DNA of 57,477 bases, the filler included, from Sphacelaria rigidula (taxonomy: Eukaryota), in assembly GCA_964200075.2 (NCBI GenBank). It is 5 parts of 5 records of this genome, joined end to end, with 100 filler letters (N's around TTAATTAATTAA, not from the genome) between each part and the next. Parts side by side here need not be neighbours in the genome. Positions count along the whole stretch, not along the records: positions 11,518 to 22,933 come from CAXNAA020004941.1; positions 23,034 to 34,449 come from CAXNAA020004942.1; 3 more parts are not named here. One strand, 5' to 3'. A program made the position numbers and the translations under genes. Position 1 is the stretch's first letter. The number at the start of each line of letters is the position of its first letter. Under the pieces are notes generated by a model. The model was not told where the DNA came from. It saw nothing but the letters and a program-made list of their open reading frames with translations, and searched no databases. Positions 11,518 through 24,540 of this stretch are shown in pieces.

Positions 11518-14454
11518 GTGGAGAAGGTACTGTTTTGAGCTCGAACCTCATTTCATTGATGAACCTCATTTTATAGAATCCTCTGTTATGTCTTTATCTT
11601 CGACCACCGGAGGCACTCGCGTCATACCTGCTCATACGACGAGCCTACGCATTTCGTACCTTTCAGCTCATTTTCACGGTGACAGCAGGTGTCACCGACT
11701 CCTACAGTCAGTACGAGCCTACGCATTTCGTAGTTTTTGCTCATTTTCACGCTAAAGGCAGCAACCCATATATCCTGCAATCAGTACGTGCAAACCGCAC
11801 GAATATGATTCGACTGTGTTCCTGCGCGAACAAGATTATGTGAGATTCTCTTCATTTAGCATACAGCAGTATATTCAAAACTGCCCCACCCTAGGTCGTC
11901 ACCAGATACCATTCATATCAGTACCACCCGAGCAAAAATTCGTACATGCCTGTCAAATTCCACTCAGCATATGAACATCCGCACATTCATGCCAATGTTT
12001 CACTCAGCACATGCAATGCCACCTTCCTCGCAGCAAACACCACGCATCGTCCGTGCCAACCAGATCAGCACAACAACACATGCCAAACATCCACGTGTAC
12101 GCCAGAGGTTTGCCCTGAGCACGCGATACGATCATGCTCGCTCGACAACCATGTTTCATGCGCAAACATGACCACAAACCACACAATAACAAGCTGCAAT
12201 TATTCTCAAAGCGATTCGCGAATATCAGTCATAATGTGTTTCCTCATTTTCAACAATCACCTCAATCCTTGTTCCTGAACATCAGCACCCAACTCGGCGC
12301 TCATCACAACAGCAAACACCTCAGGTAATGCCTTCTTTGTAGTCCTCCAGCCCACTCCTGAGACACAGCAGCACTCGAATGTCATGAAGATGCATATTAG
12401 CTTGCTGCCATGCCGCTTCAGACCCGTTGTCGAGTCTGGCTTTCGGTATTTCGCGTATTCTGGTATTCAAGACTGTAGGTCTGTTCAGAGATGGTCCGGT
12501 ACGAATATGAATCTGTACATTGCAAAGATGAGATTGGCTTTGTTCGCTGAACACGAACAAAGCTCGCACCATCGATCACTACCTACTGTTCCACTACTGC
12601 TTCCCAGCAGAAATAAGCTTAAGCATCGGTGAGACATATTCGGGTTGGATTGATTGATTGGATACTGGAGTTAGAAACAAGACAATCAAAGAAAAGTTAA
12701 GAACCATCGCGTGAAACTCGTCTGACATGTGATTGCTGAGCCTGTGTGCAACACCTGCAAGCTGTGGCGGCCTGACTGTTGTCCACTTGTCTCATAAACT
12801 TGTGTCCTTGGATTGCAAGCTGTGTCCTTGCAATATAGCACAACAGCTCTTCATGACATTGGCGTTTGACTAAGGATCTCCTTCTTTTGCAATTGCGTTT
12901 TCTTCTTGATACCGATTTGTATCCCTGCCCGTCGAGCTGCGTGACCCCAGCTTTTTTTTAATCAATTTTGCCCCTCGTGTTTTTCTTCGGTACGGTAAAT
13001 AGTCGCACTTATTGCTTCTCGATAGTCCGTAGCTACTGCAAAGCTTCTGCCCTGTGTGTTCCCTGGTAAAGAGTATTCGTGCCCTGCTACGTGCGACTTG
13101 CTGCAGCGCTTGACTGCATATCTTGTGCTACGTTGGGTCAACGCTCACCGCTTGCCAGTCTCGCCTTGCTGTGATTTTGTGACATAAACACCTGCACGCT
13201 GCACGGATAAGTTCCGACTGCACGACGTAAATCCCTTAGTGATTCAATCCGGCACGATCACGCGCCAAGCCATCCTTGGCTCGCGTATTTGGTCTTGTTG
13301 CCCCTTTCCTTCTGCCAGGAGAAGTCTTCTACTACAGGTTTCTACAGAACACCAGTGCACAAGGCGCACTGTTGCTCATAGTCAGTCGCTGTCCCCGACC
13401 TGAGCTCCTAGCCAAGTCAGCACTCTGTTCTCTATTTTTTTGTATAGATTGTACGCGACCGTGGTATCTTTTCTTCACGAAATTACTGAACAGTACAACC
13501 CGTGCTCTCAGAAGGTGACCACGGACATCTGTACACGACATTTGTACCCGTTCTGGCACTTTAGCTTCGTTGCTTGTAGCTACCTTGTTGTCCTTCTCTT
13601 CTGGTGTACTTCGCACAGATGTAGAGCAGCGCTGTACATCACTGTGGTAACTAAGAATACACCTCAAAACGGACTGCAGGGTTTTTCTCATTGACCCCCT
13701 CTCGTACAGTATCAATTAATTGTTCCGAGGCGGTTTCGTCGCGATAATACTCGTTGCACACATTCCAAACCTACGTTACATACTCACTTGGAGTAGACAG
13801 CACTCGAAACCAGTGCCCCTGCTGTGCACAAATTCACACCTTTGTTTCACATACGTACGTTGCCTTAACTCCGTTGTGTATCAAGCTTTCGCCTTGCACT
13901 ACGCAGTCCGATCTCGCGATCTACACCCCAAGCTTTGTAAAAGCTTTTGTGCTGCCTCGCGCTGCACGTTTTTGGTGCTCGTCTGAAATTTGTTTTCATT
14001 TGTACACCGCCAGTTGCTTCTCAGCTTTGTGCCAGGATAGTACAGTTATAGTCTGCAGTGACGCCACACCCGGACCACGTGTGAGTTGTACGACTTTCAC
14101 GTGCCATAGCTGCTACAGACAATCGAATCTTCGCCGTTCTTCGACGCCATACGTCTGTTCTGTGCGCAATCCCGAGCTCCGTTGATAGCTATTATCGCCA
14201 CAACTTGGATAAGTTGTAGTAACCAGACCCCGGACATTGTCGTTACATACAGCAATTCGCTTGAATAAAAATACTCAAGTAAATCAGGTCCCAAGGCCCC
14301 CCCAGGCGCAATTAGACTTCATTATCCCGTATTTTCCGGATACAAACTTCGGCCTTTGCACGTAGCATCTCTTGGTGTCATGCTCCTTTGATTAGAGCCG
14401 CAGACCAGACACACTGCCCCTGCCTTTTCAAGCACACAAGTTGCGTACGATTAT

Positions 14455-16650
14455 CATGTCGCACAGAAATAACGCTGGCTCTGAGTGTCACGTCACCTTC
14501 AACTCATCGCCGCACGTATGCGAGCGCTGTTCGATCTTCGGGATTTGAAGACCAACCTTCGAGGGATGCTCGTTCTTCAAGGCTTGAAGACAAGACTATG
14601 ACGCCGAGACCTGTTCTTTCACGTTCCGACTCGGACTGAGAGAACAAGGTTGTGCTACCGGCTGAGTCATTGGTTCCTGACGGACATGTCACTGAACCCA
14701 TAACGGTGGATTCCAATGCACACCCCTCGCTGCGTCCTGTTCTTCCGAATCCCAATGTGGAATCCGCAGCCAGGACTGTGCCCCCAGCTGAGTCGTTGCC
14801 GGTGGACATACGTGTCCAGCTTGGCCCTGTAACGGTTGCTTCAACCGTGGCACCCCGTATTTTGACGGCTGATAACTCTCGAGACGATTCTGTCCCGACG
14901 AAGCGTATTGCTTCTGGAGCAAGAGACTTTGTCACGCTGGCTGCTTCCGTTACGGACCCCCAACGCACGACTCTCGGTAGTCTCATGCGCCCTACTGCGC
15001 AGTTCAATGTCGGACCCGCAGTTGCGGCCATGCATGCTGCCATGCAAACTCTGCATCGCACCTCATCGGCGTCGTCGCACTCGCCAGCTTCAGCTCTCAT
15101 CGAGGCGTCTACGGTTTTCTACCAGGCCACGCTCCAAGAACAATCAGCGCCTGCTCACGTGCAACTCAATGATGATTCTGCACCTGCCACGCCCAAACCC
15201 ATACGTTTGGCACCCCGATCGGCGACATCGCGTCCTCCGTTCGTCACTCATGCAAAATTCAACGAACATGAGTCCAGCCCCTCCTCAATGTCACACCAGA
15301 GTCAAACTCGCGCTTCTGACCGGCGCCGCACACCGAGATTTGGTCACGACCACGTCTCCTGTTCTGGCAGTTCTAAGGGCAACTCCCAGCAAAGCTTGAA
15401 TTGATCGCGCGTTTTTGCACGCCCGAAGAACGTTGCTCATGGTCACACTTATGGCGGTAGTTCACGTCACAGTTCCAAGTCATCGTGCGCTCAGAAGCGC
15501 CCGGTGAATGCCAACCGTGAACGTACTCACGAGGATGCCTTGCGGCAGAGATCAAGTTCTTCGCGCATATACTCGCGCTCGAAAAACACCGATCATGCAC
15601 CCTCGCCCATCTCTCCTGCTCCACATCAGCAACGTCACACTGTGCATGTTGATGATATCCAAAACATATGTTCAGACATATCACCGGCTCTGGAATCCTC
15701 CATTGAAGGGTCCGGCCGCACCTCATTGCAAAACCGACGACCCCGCACTGATCGCGAACCACCGTTCCGCTCCGATGCTGCGACTATTTGCTCTCTCAAA
15801 CAATGATTGACAGAACTTGAACGCCAACTCGCAACAATGGACACCACAAGACCCGCTGCCGCTCTTGCCAAAAGCACCACGGAGCCCTCTGGCGTTCCTG
15901 CAGCAACTACTGCCGCAACCCCTGCAGCTACTGCTGCCGCTACCGTGGCCGCTGCGCCTTTAGCCGCCCCGCAACGGCGCTTACAACCGCCGCCGCTCCG
16001 TCTGCCGTTGACACGGACGCCGACAGTGGTTCAACCACTGCCCCCGTGCGCTCGCCCCCATCCGTGGAGGTTCTCCCTCCACTCGACGACGAGCGCTGCC
16101 CGACTGGCCTCCTTCTGAGGCTGTTCACAAACCGCCTCCGCGCGGAACAGCTCCAACTTATTGATGACTACGCGTACCACAACCCCGTGCACAGCGTAGA
16201 GCAGCGTTTCCACTCGAACGCTCTCCTCGCGCCATGAGTCCAGCTAAAGCTCGCACCCTCGTGGAGCCACTCAGCTCGCCACTAAACGGTATATCCGCAC
16301 CGCCGAACCAGTGCGACAAGTCCTCTACCTCCACAGATACTTGGGCAGTACTGAACACCTGTGCTCCAGTCAGTTTTACAGAGGAAACAAGAGGCGAAAC
16401 AGCAACAGCCACACAGTCCCGAACAGCAACACCTCCTGATGGCACACTATCCTCCTGAAACACCCCGCAACAGTGAAGACACCTCCGCCATCGCCGCCAA
16501 ATACGCCAAAGCTGTCCATGTAAACAGCAATGCACACGACCACCCCAACACCCCGCGACGCTCGTCGTCGGCGTCAGAATTTTGATCGCTAACAGCATCA
16601 CGAGCCTGCTGCTTGCTCTGCGTACCCGCTTCACGCGGATCACACGCCCC
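14455..16650 (+). pseudogene. Degenerate gag-like reading frame of an LTR retroelement
   Basis: Chain of frameshifted S/P/A-rich ORFs (14388-14639, 14652-15404, 15504-15806, 15807-16118, 16046-16237) ending in ANSITSLLLALRTRF (~16588-16632, like the gag L..AL..RF motif). Preceded by an LTR-like block: TG at 13643, AATAAA at 14264, CA at 14366, TGG PBS-like start at 14373. Confidence 0.45.
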
Positions 16651-17923
16651 TGTTGTTTCGATCATGCAAGGCGTGTCCACAACTACGCGCTGCTCCGGCG
16701 GCAATTCCGCCAACCCGGCATCCACCTGTCCTTCAAGTAGACATCCCTGCGAATCATCTGAACGATCTCCCGCCATATCACTGGCGCAGATAGATTCACC
16801 ATGAGCACGGCAAGCTCCTTTCTCACCCTGCTCGTTTGAAATACGCAAATAACACCCCCCTGCAGCTTCGAACATGCAAAGAGTATCTCCAGCTACGCGT
16901 TGGTCCGGCGACAACAAGCAACCTGGACCTTTGCCGCTCAGCGCTAGCTCATCGGAGCAAATTGGCTTCGCGCTTCCAACAGCAGCGGCAGCAGCGGCTG
17001 GATCAAATATTCCCGCTTCAGCCACCACCTCCTGCTCAGCGCACTCCAGAACGGCAACAGCGGCAGCTGAGCTGCCTGCAGTCCGCTCGAGCTGCGTGGC
17101 ATGCTCGCCCTCTTCAACAGCAATACCAGCAGCATCTAAACCAATGCTTACCGTGGTACTGTCGGCGGGCGGCTCTCGTGCCTACCCGTTTTGGCAGACA
17201 CATGCTGCGTCTCCTTCCCACTCTGCACAGTGGAAACAGCTGACCTGTATCGTGGTTTAAGACGCGCCCTACCGACTGCACGTTCAGCGGGTGTACAATC
17301 GTGCCTATCCTCTCGGGCAGACACATGCTTCTCGGCTTTCACAGAGCAAGCATTTGCCCTGTATCGTTGTTTAAGACGAGCAGCACCTACTGCACGTTCG
17401 ACGGGTGCACTGTCGTACCTATCCCCCCTCGGGCAGACACATGTTTTTCGACTGTCACAGTGCCAGCAGCTGCCCTGTATCGTTGTTTCAAACGCGCAGC
17501 ACCTACTGCACGTTCGGCGCGTGCACTGTCGTGCTTGTCCCCTCGGATAGACACATGTTTCTCGGCTGTCACATTGCAAGCAGCCCCACCGGACGGCGCA
17601 AGCTTGCGCAACGCGAAAAGCAACTGCTCGTTCTCAACATCATAGTCATGCTTCAAGAACGGGCCACACAGACATTTCGCAATATGTTTCGGCATGAGCT
17701 CAGAAACTGCTTCCAACTCAAAGAGGTTTACCCACCGCGCGTTCGCCTGATCTACATCTCGCACATATTGCTCGTATTTGCGTAAAAACTCGGCCGATTT
17801 CTCGCTCGAAAACTTGCGGCGGTAGTACGGCATCTCAAGCGCCAGTACAGGAACAACACGACCATCGACGACGACAGATTCCTGCGCCTCATTCATTTCA
17901 GCCAGCAGTACAGCACTCCACAC
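16650..17923 (-). pseudogene. Degenerate Gypsy-type gag-like ORF with internal tandem repeats
   Basis: MNEAQESVVVDGRVVPVLALEMPYYRRKFSSEKSAEFLRKYEQYVRDVDQAN...ELMPKHIAKCL...EQLLFALRKLA resembles stramenopile Gypsy gag N-termini (pattern recognition only); continues through frameshifted repeats and the 16447-17028 ORF. Confidence 0.5.
17195..17580. repeat. ~118-bp tandem repeat (about 3.3 copies) inside the gag-like ORF
   Basis: AGACACATG...CTGTATCGTTGTTT...GCACCTACTGCACGTTCG... recurs; encodes KHVSA..D.HD...AERAVGAARLKQRYRA units. Confidence 0.85.
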
Positions 17924-19587
17924 CGCCTTTTTGAAAAATGAAGTCGCCCCCCACTCACAGGAACAACAACTCTTTCCTTACACCGAGACGCGCTGTACCA
18001 CCTTACAACGACAATGGCCATAGCGCCTCTTCCTCACGCAGGTCTCATCACGTGTTTGAAGTCCTTAGACGTCTCGTCCTGGCCGTCCCTGGCCAAGCGT
18101 GGAAAAAGCAACTCTTGCTGGCTCCATCAGGCAGTAATTTCGCCGCTTTTTCCCGAAAGATCTTGGGCTCACCAGCTGTCGATCAACCACCCGCACCTCA
18201 CGCACGAGCGATACCACAGCCCGCCCTAGCACTTCCTCAGAACCTCCTCGGCGTTACCTCTCCAACTCCTCGCGATGTTAACACGCCTTGAGCTGGTCTT
18301 GTTTGCTGCAAACTGATCAGGCCTGCAGACTTCCCTATCGTGAAGTGCCAGCTGCTTTCAGCGGACCTACCGCTAGTCAGCGAACTTGATGAACGTTCAT
18401 TATAGACTTCTGTCACTCAAGATCAGATCGCCATGTGGACTCCTCCCATCACAGGCACATGGACTTCAGCAGCGTTGGTTATTCGTGTATTAACCCTCAG
18501 CACAGTACAGGAGAACAGGACCATAGCCTCTCTTCTCCAGAGTAGCAAAACCGGGCTCTCTCGCCATAGAGGTCTCCCATCACAGAGTTCGGCAGTCAGA
18601 CCCGCAACTCCACGTACACAATGTCCCCAACCTTATGTAATAATGGTGATTAGAGTCTACAGACTAGATGTAGCGCCTCTCATGGGCGCTACTGGCGAAA
18701 CAACCCAAAGCGTGGCACGAAGCTTACTCCTAGTTGTGTGTGTGCAGCTTTGGTTTGGGCATCCATTTTATCCAACTAACTTACTGCAGTTTCCCCCTGG
18801 CCGCCTAAGGGGGAGCTTAGTATCATCGCGTCTGATAATAAGTGGAGTGATCGCTCGACGAGTGGCTTCTTTTTACGGTGTATTCTTGGTCACAATCACA
18901 TGGGGGTCTGTTGCCACGAGCAGCTGCGTGCGTCATGATGCTGTACTCTGATGATAGTGTAGCTCAACAGACTGCTGAATGATGCTGCGTTTTAAAGATC
19001 GCTGGCGTCTGTCGCCGTATTGGATCGTTTTGCTGACCGCGGTCGTCGCCAGCGCAGCAGCATGGAACAGAGGCTTCTATAAAATGAGGTTCATCAATGA
19101 AATATGATTTGAGCCCAAAACAGTACTTTCTCCACTACTAACTCTCCACTACATTGAATGTAGTTCCATATCACTCACTTACCCCCGTTGACACCCCCTC
19201 CCGCACAGGTTCGATCCCGAGTATTTAATATTCATTGTACTTTGTATCGAGGGGATATGTTCTGTTGTATCAAAAGAGGTTCTATGCTGGCTAATGCTCA
19301 GTGTTCTTTTATTTCACTCTTGCTTTCTCTCTTTCTGTTAAGTAATGACGATATTTTTTCTACTGTCATGTTATCATTTCCGGAAGCGTTTTCCCTAGTC
19401 TTTCAGTGCCCACGTGCACGTTCATGCCCGGTGCAACACGCACCTACACTTTTCGTGTTCCGGTTTGGGTTGTTCGTCAATCTGCAGTGTTGATTTTATG
19501 GTTGACTATCTGCAAAGGGTGTGAAATATGTCGGGCGGGGGGGGGACGGGGATTGTTAAGTGGCTTTTATTCGTGGTGAGGTACCTC

Positions 19588-19872
19588 TTTTTTGTTCGTC
19601 ACACTTTGAACTCCTCCCCTTCCTGGGGATGAGTCCGTGGTCTCGAGGGACCAACCCATTTCTCCCCCGGGACGTGCCTTTCATTTTGGTCTCGCGGATT
19701 GGGTCAGCATTCCCGCACCGCGTCAACTCACGTCGCACAAACCCAGGCGACCACTATGTTTACTCACGTTCTCACGCTTTCTACGGTGGAAATCATACAT
19801 TACGAAGAAAACCCAACGCAGCGGGAATCGAACCCCCGTTCTCTCCACACGCTTGGTTGTTTGATACAACCA
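19588..19872 (-). mobile_element. tRNA-derived SINE, near full length
   Basis: Reverse complement of the same family (GGGAATCGAACCCCC is the B box on the minus strand). Confidence 0.8.
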
Positions 19873-22494
19873 GCTAATAATTATATACTTGGATTGTTTT
19901 GAGCTGCATATTGTGCGTGCGTTCCAGCACATAGCTTGGAAGGTGGTGCTATTGTGCTATTGTAGTTTTGATGGTTATTCCTGCATTTGGGTATTTCGCA
20001 AAAAATATTTTCCAACAACTACCCAAAAATTGGGTAGACTATTGAGATCGTACTCAGCAACAGCGATATTGAACAAAGTATAACGATCGTACCTAGCTCT
20101 ATCCCATGCAGTTATTGGCCAATGCCGACGTTGGGTAGAGTTTGGAGAACGGACCATCGCTACACAAACTTCGGGACAGTAGATACCCGGGTATTTACCA
20201 TACCTAACACACGGTTGGAATTTCATTTGCTACTCAAGGTACCGTCGGAAGTTGGGAACCGCTACCATCGAAAAAATACCGCTGTGTTCGCGCTTGAGGT
20301 CTCTGCCAAACGTGGTACCACCAAATAAAGGTGGAAATGTTTACCACGGTAAATGTACCATTGTATGACATCACGATCCTGCCTCGAACCATCATATAAA
20401 ACGTTCAAAGAAAGATCTTGGTATCATTTCTTTACCCCCGATGCTCTTACACCATAATATAGCAAATCTCAGCACCTACTAACTCTCCTACTCTGCCAAG
20501 CATCTACGGGTCACACACTGCTCTGGAGCCCGACCGGGGTCAATACTGACCAACGTTTCCAGGAAGTAAGATTAATTGTCACTCTGTCATTAAAGTTAGC
20601 CTCGGACTACTTTTGCCGCCCCTAGCTTGTCGAGGGAGTTTAGACGCGTGGTCGTAGATATCCGGTTTTGTATTTTTTTGTCTCAAACGTATGAAGAATG
20701 GATTCCCGATCATGATCGCCCTGGTTCAATCCTTCCGCCTCTTGTTTTTACTGTTTCGAAGATACTGAGGATGTGAATCGGCGTCACGTACACGCCAGTC
20801 ATCATCCCCTAGCGAGGAAGAGTCAGGTGGGGATATTGGCCAACCGGCATGTGGGAATCATTCTGCGCCTCCGTGTACGTCGCGAGCCGCCCGGTGGCGT
20901 TCTCCTGGCTATGGACCCTGACGTCGTGACGAAAGCCCACGCCGTGCAAGCATCCTGTCCCTACACGATAGGTGAGTATTTCATCTGACGTTTGAGCTGG
21001 CGTTACCGTTTTCCCGCAGTCGACGATGCGTGTGTGTTGGTGCGTGTAGGGACACAGTCTGAAATCGTTTATATGGTTAGTATGGAAGACGGGCTGACTT
21101 TATCTTCGTTTTCAATCCCTGGAGTGGCGTGATGTGCGCAAGTACAGCAGCAACAGTTTTTTCCGCGTCTATATATATATATATATATATATATCGGCAG
21201 TAGTACATGCGGTTGCTTGTCTCAGTGCAGCTTTTTGCCCCCGAAAAGCGTGCGGATGAATCACGAGATGAACAGGAGGAGAGAGAGGAAATGCCTCGAA
21301 AGCGCGTGCCTAAACCCCTCACGGTGCAGAGGGACTGTGTAACGTGCAGTAGTATGGCGAGGGCGTGCATAGCGGCAGCTGTTCTCGTGTAGTGGTGTTT
21401 CTTTTCTGTCTTAGAGTTTATTTCTGGTGTTCTTTGCTACTCTCAATCTTCCTCTACTGTAAAGGTTCCTTTGTCCACCCCTTCTCTATTGTCGACCCCC
21501 CCTGCCCCTCAAGGCACTACTATCTATGTTAGGCGAATGTTTCCGGTGTCTCTCTGATAGGGTTTAGCATAAACACGCGGGGTCTAATAGTTTCTCTCAT
21601 GAAGATTTGCACCCGTAAACGTTTGGGTCATGGCCTTTTCAGCAAACGTGTCTTGTTTGTTGTTCGTTTTTTTCTGTGTCAATACCGAGTAGCCCCCCCC
21701 CCCGGTGTAGTGCTGGCGGAAATGTCAAATATCTCCCACCATTTGTTTCCCCTCCGTGCGCAGAGTGACCGTAATAAATATGTGAAATTATACCTCCTAC
21801 ACACGACTGCACGGCAAAATAAACGTACGGTATAGCCCTTGTTGTTTAGCGCAGATGCCATTGATGAAGTTGACGGACCTTGTCTGCGGGTTTTAGTGTA
21901 TCCTGGGGTAATTTCTTGGCGTCGTCACTTCTTACAAAATCGAAAAAGGCCCGTAGATGCTCCATACTATACATCAATTCACATCGGAGCGTAGCTCCCA
22001 TGAACAGCTTTCAAAAACACTAGGGTTGCCGCCTTCCGAGAAGTTGTAGTGCCCTCTATAACAACAAACAAACGGTAAACGATCAGGCGTTTGAACACAC
22101 CGTCGCAACATGGTGCACGTCAAGGGGGAGAGCTCTAATCATCATTCGAATATGTCATCAATATACCTGGTCGCTGTGCCTCTGATGCATGCATGCCCTC
22201 AGATGACGGGTCGGCGTTCGGGACAGACTGACGAAGAGACTGCCTATGGCGACAAACATAACGCGAAGGACATCGTCGACGGAGTGAACGTGGAGAACGA
22301 CGAGTACGCCGGCGAGGGAGGCGGCCAGCAGGGGAGTCTGGTTGACGAAAGACGCGCGAAGCCGAGTTTGCGGAATAAACGGAAACGGCGGCCTCGCCGT
22401 AGAATACATTTTTCTTGTTTTTTTCTTACGACCCTTCCGATGTGGGAATTTATGTTGTGAGACCGCTCCCTGTAGCACACGAAAAACAAATTAG

Positions 22495-22870
22495 GGAAAA
22501 ATGCCTTTTTGGAGCTCCCACGTCGGTTTACACTCTAGAAGAAAGCTAGGCGGAGTTTGACACCTTGGAATGACTTGCTCTACTAGTTGAGGCGGTTCCA
22601 GGACATCTTCCCATGTTCCGTTGGCGGCAGGTTTTCTTTTGGCCAAACAAGAATGTATGTTGAAGAACGGTCGAAAACAGTCAAATCTAGAAAAAATCCT
22701 CACTTTTCTGTGGACTTGAACGTTATTGGACAAAAAATGTCTTTTGGCCAAAATAACAACTGCGACCACCGGAAGACGGGAAAATATCCTAGAACCGCAT
22801 CAACTAGTAGAGCAAGACTTGAGTCATTTCAAGGTGTCAAACTCCGCCTAGCCATCTCTCTACTACAGTA
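22495..22870. mobile_element. Foldback MITE (TTGACACCTTGGAATGAC family)
   Basis: GCTAGGCGGAGTTTGACACCTTGGAATGAC...GTCATTTCAAGGTGTCAAACTCCGCCTAGC inverted arms. Confidence 0.75.
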
Positions 22871-22933
22871 GTCAGCGTCAGAAGTATGCAGAATCCGTAA
22901 TTTCTTAGTTTCTCAAAGTTGTCCAAATTTGTT

Positions 22934-23033
22934 NNNNNNNNNNNNNNNNNNNNNNNNNNNNNNNNNNNNNNNNNNNNTTAATTAATTAANNNNNNNNNNN
23001 NNNNNNNNNNNNNNNNNNNNNNNNNNNNNNNNN
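22934..23033. other. Artificial contig-joining linker
   Basis: Same N44-TTAATTAATTAA-N44 spacer. Confidence 0.97.
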
Positions 23034-23399
23034 CAGGATGCCCTTGTCCCCTGGTCATCATCCAGGATCCACTATATACTCAATCGTGTCGGCGTGATTT
23101 CGCCACAGCGCCAATACAGTTCAATTGTGTACTTCTCGCTTGTATTTGAAAGCATAGTCCGAAGCAGCGCTCAATGCTTCGATGTCGGTTAAACGGTTTC
23201 GTGTTGAGTTGCCGTCGGTGGAACGTTCCATAAATATGAGGCAAGATGATGATGGCATCTAGGGGTACTGCAAGCAGAGTATACGGGGGTGATACAAAGC
23301 TTGAGCTACAGCAATGCAAATATACAGCAAGTAAACTATTAGGGCGATTCCAAGATTCCAAACTTGGTTTATCTCACGGCAACTCACGTAACACTTCGG

Positions 23400-24540
23400 G
23401 GAAGGCTATCCCCCGGTCCCCCCGAATTGGTGCTATCTTGGGATGGATGCATCGTCCACGCGCAGTGGTAAAGCGTCACTACCTTGAGCCTACGCTGCGA
23501 TACCTGTTCTGAAAGTGCTGCACGATTGCATCGACTATTAGGAAGCTTTGAAGAGGTCTGACGTGTGATGTTGCTGTGGTACCCGACCCTTTTAGAGGTA
23601 ATAAAGATAAAACGTTTTGGAGAGTCTTGAGATAGCGCTGGTCTTGAGCCATCATCAAAGGATGAGGGTTGCTGAGGTGTTCTGGCATAGGACGACGACG
23701 CCGCAGGTTTGAAGGGATCGATCGACAGCAACGGGTGAATTATCAGTCTGGAATTTTGGTGTCCAGCGACGTCCCGCTACTCATCCCGCTTCGCCCTGTG
23801 CAGTGGCTACTCTCTGTCGCCCCCTCCATTCTTTTCTCAACCTATTCTTTATTTCCTAACCGCCATTGTGATGATTATTCTTGAATCTGTGCCGATTGTT
23901 GTAAGCTCTCGTCGTGAAAGCTCCTGCCCAACCCCCGCCGCCGTGTCTCACTCTCCAGAATCGGTTTGGGCAGTCAATCACTCGCCCTTTCTGTTTAGTT
24001 TCGCCAAACACCTATCGCGTGAAACCTGTGGGGAACAGCTTCCGAGCATCAAGGGGCGATAGGGGTCATGTCTTGTCTGAACGTGGTACGGGCGATTGTA
24101 GCAATGTCTGTGATGAGCGGTTGAGCAAGGGCTCGAAAGGCGGCATGGTCGAAGGCAGCGACATCAACCTGAAAAAATGTGAACTTGAGTCCAGACGTCA
24201 GCTACCATTATTCTGCGACGACTATCGACTGATGATGGCACTCGACGCTTGTGGGCCACTTCACTCCATGCATTCCGACTTTGTTACTTGGACTGCTTCT
24301 TCAACCCCGGTACCCTACATATTCGTTCTCATTTGTTCCGGGGAAGGCCGACCTCGTCACTCTGACTGCTTCTGCTACCCCGTTTTCCCGCCGGATCCGT
24401 TCGCATCTGTTCCAAACGCGGTCGTCGTCTTGTCGGTGCCTATCGATCGCCCTCTATCCATGGGGTGGGCATCCGCAGATGATTCCGGAACTTTCCCCCT
24501 TCCCAATACACTTCGCACAGGTCACGGCTACGGGTAGCCA
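23400..24540 (-). pseudogene. Possible heavily degraded hAT-like transposase remnant
   Basis: VAAFDHAAFRALAQPLITDIATIARTTFRQDM (~24067-24160) resembles the hAT 'F..L...L.P....PSRTT' segment; AVTCAKC upstream could be a BED-finger relic; many stops and frameshifts. Confidence 0.3.

Larger units (their letters stand above)
11518..19135. mobile_element. ~7.6-kb element bounded by ~70-bp TIRs (left end clipped by the contig edge)
   Basis: 11518-11587 GTGGAGAAGGTACTGTTTTGAGCTCGAACCTCATTTCATTGATGAACCTCATTTTATAGAATCCTCTGTT is the near reverse complement of 19066-19135; ~74-bp subterminal duplication at ~11640-11790. Confidence 0.7.

Noticed and set aside
12250..12950. Copia RNase H remnant (GVGWRTTKK)
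   Set aside because: No surrounding DSD or STAEAEY motifs; the similarity is too weak to call.
19131..19140. Polinton/Maverick terminus (AGTAGT on the minus strand)
   Set aside because: No pPolB, integrase, ATPase or capsid ORFs, and other copies of this terminus lack AGTAGT.
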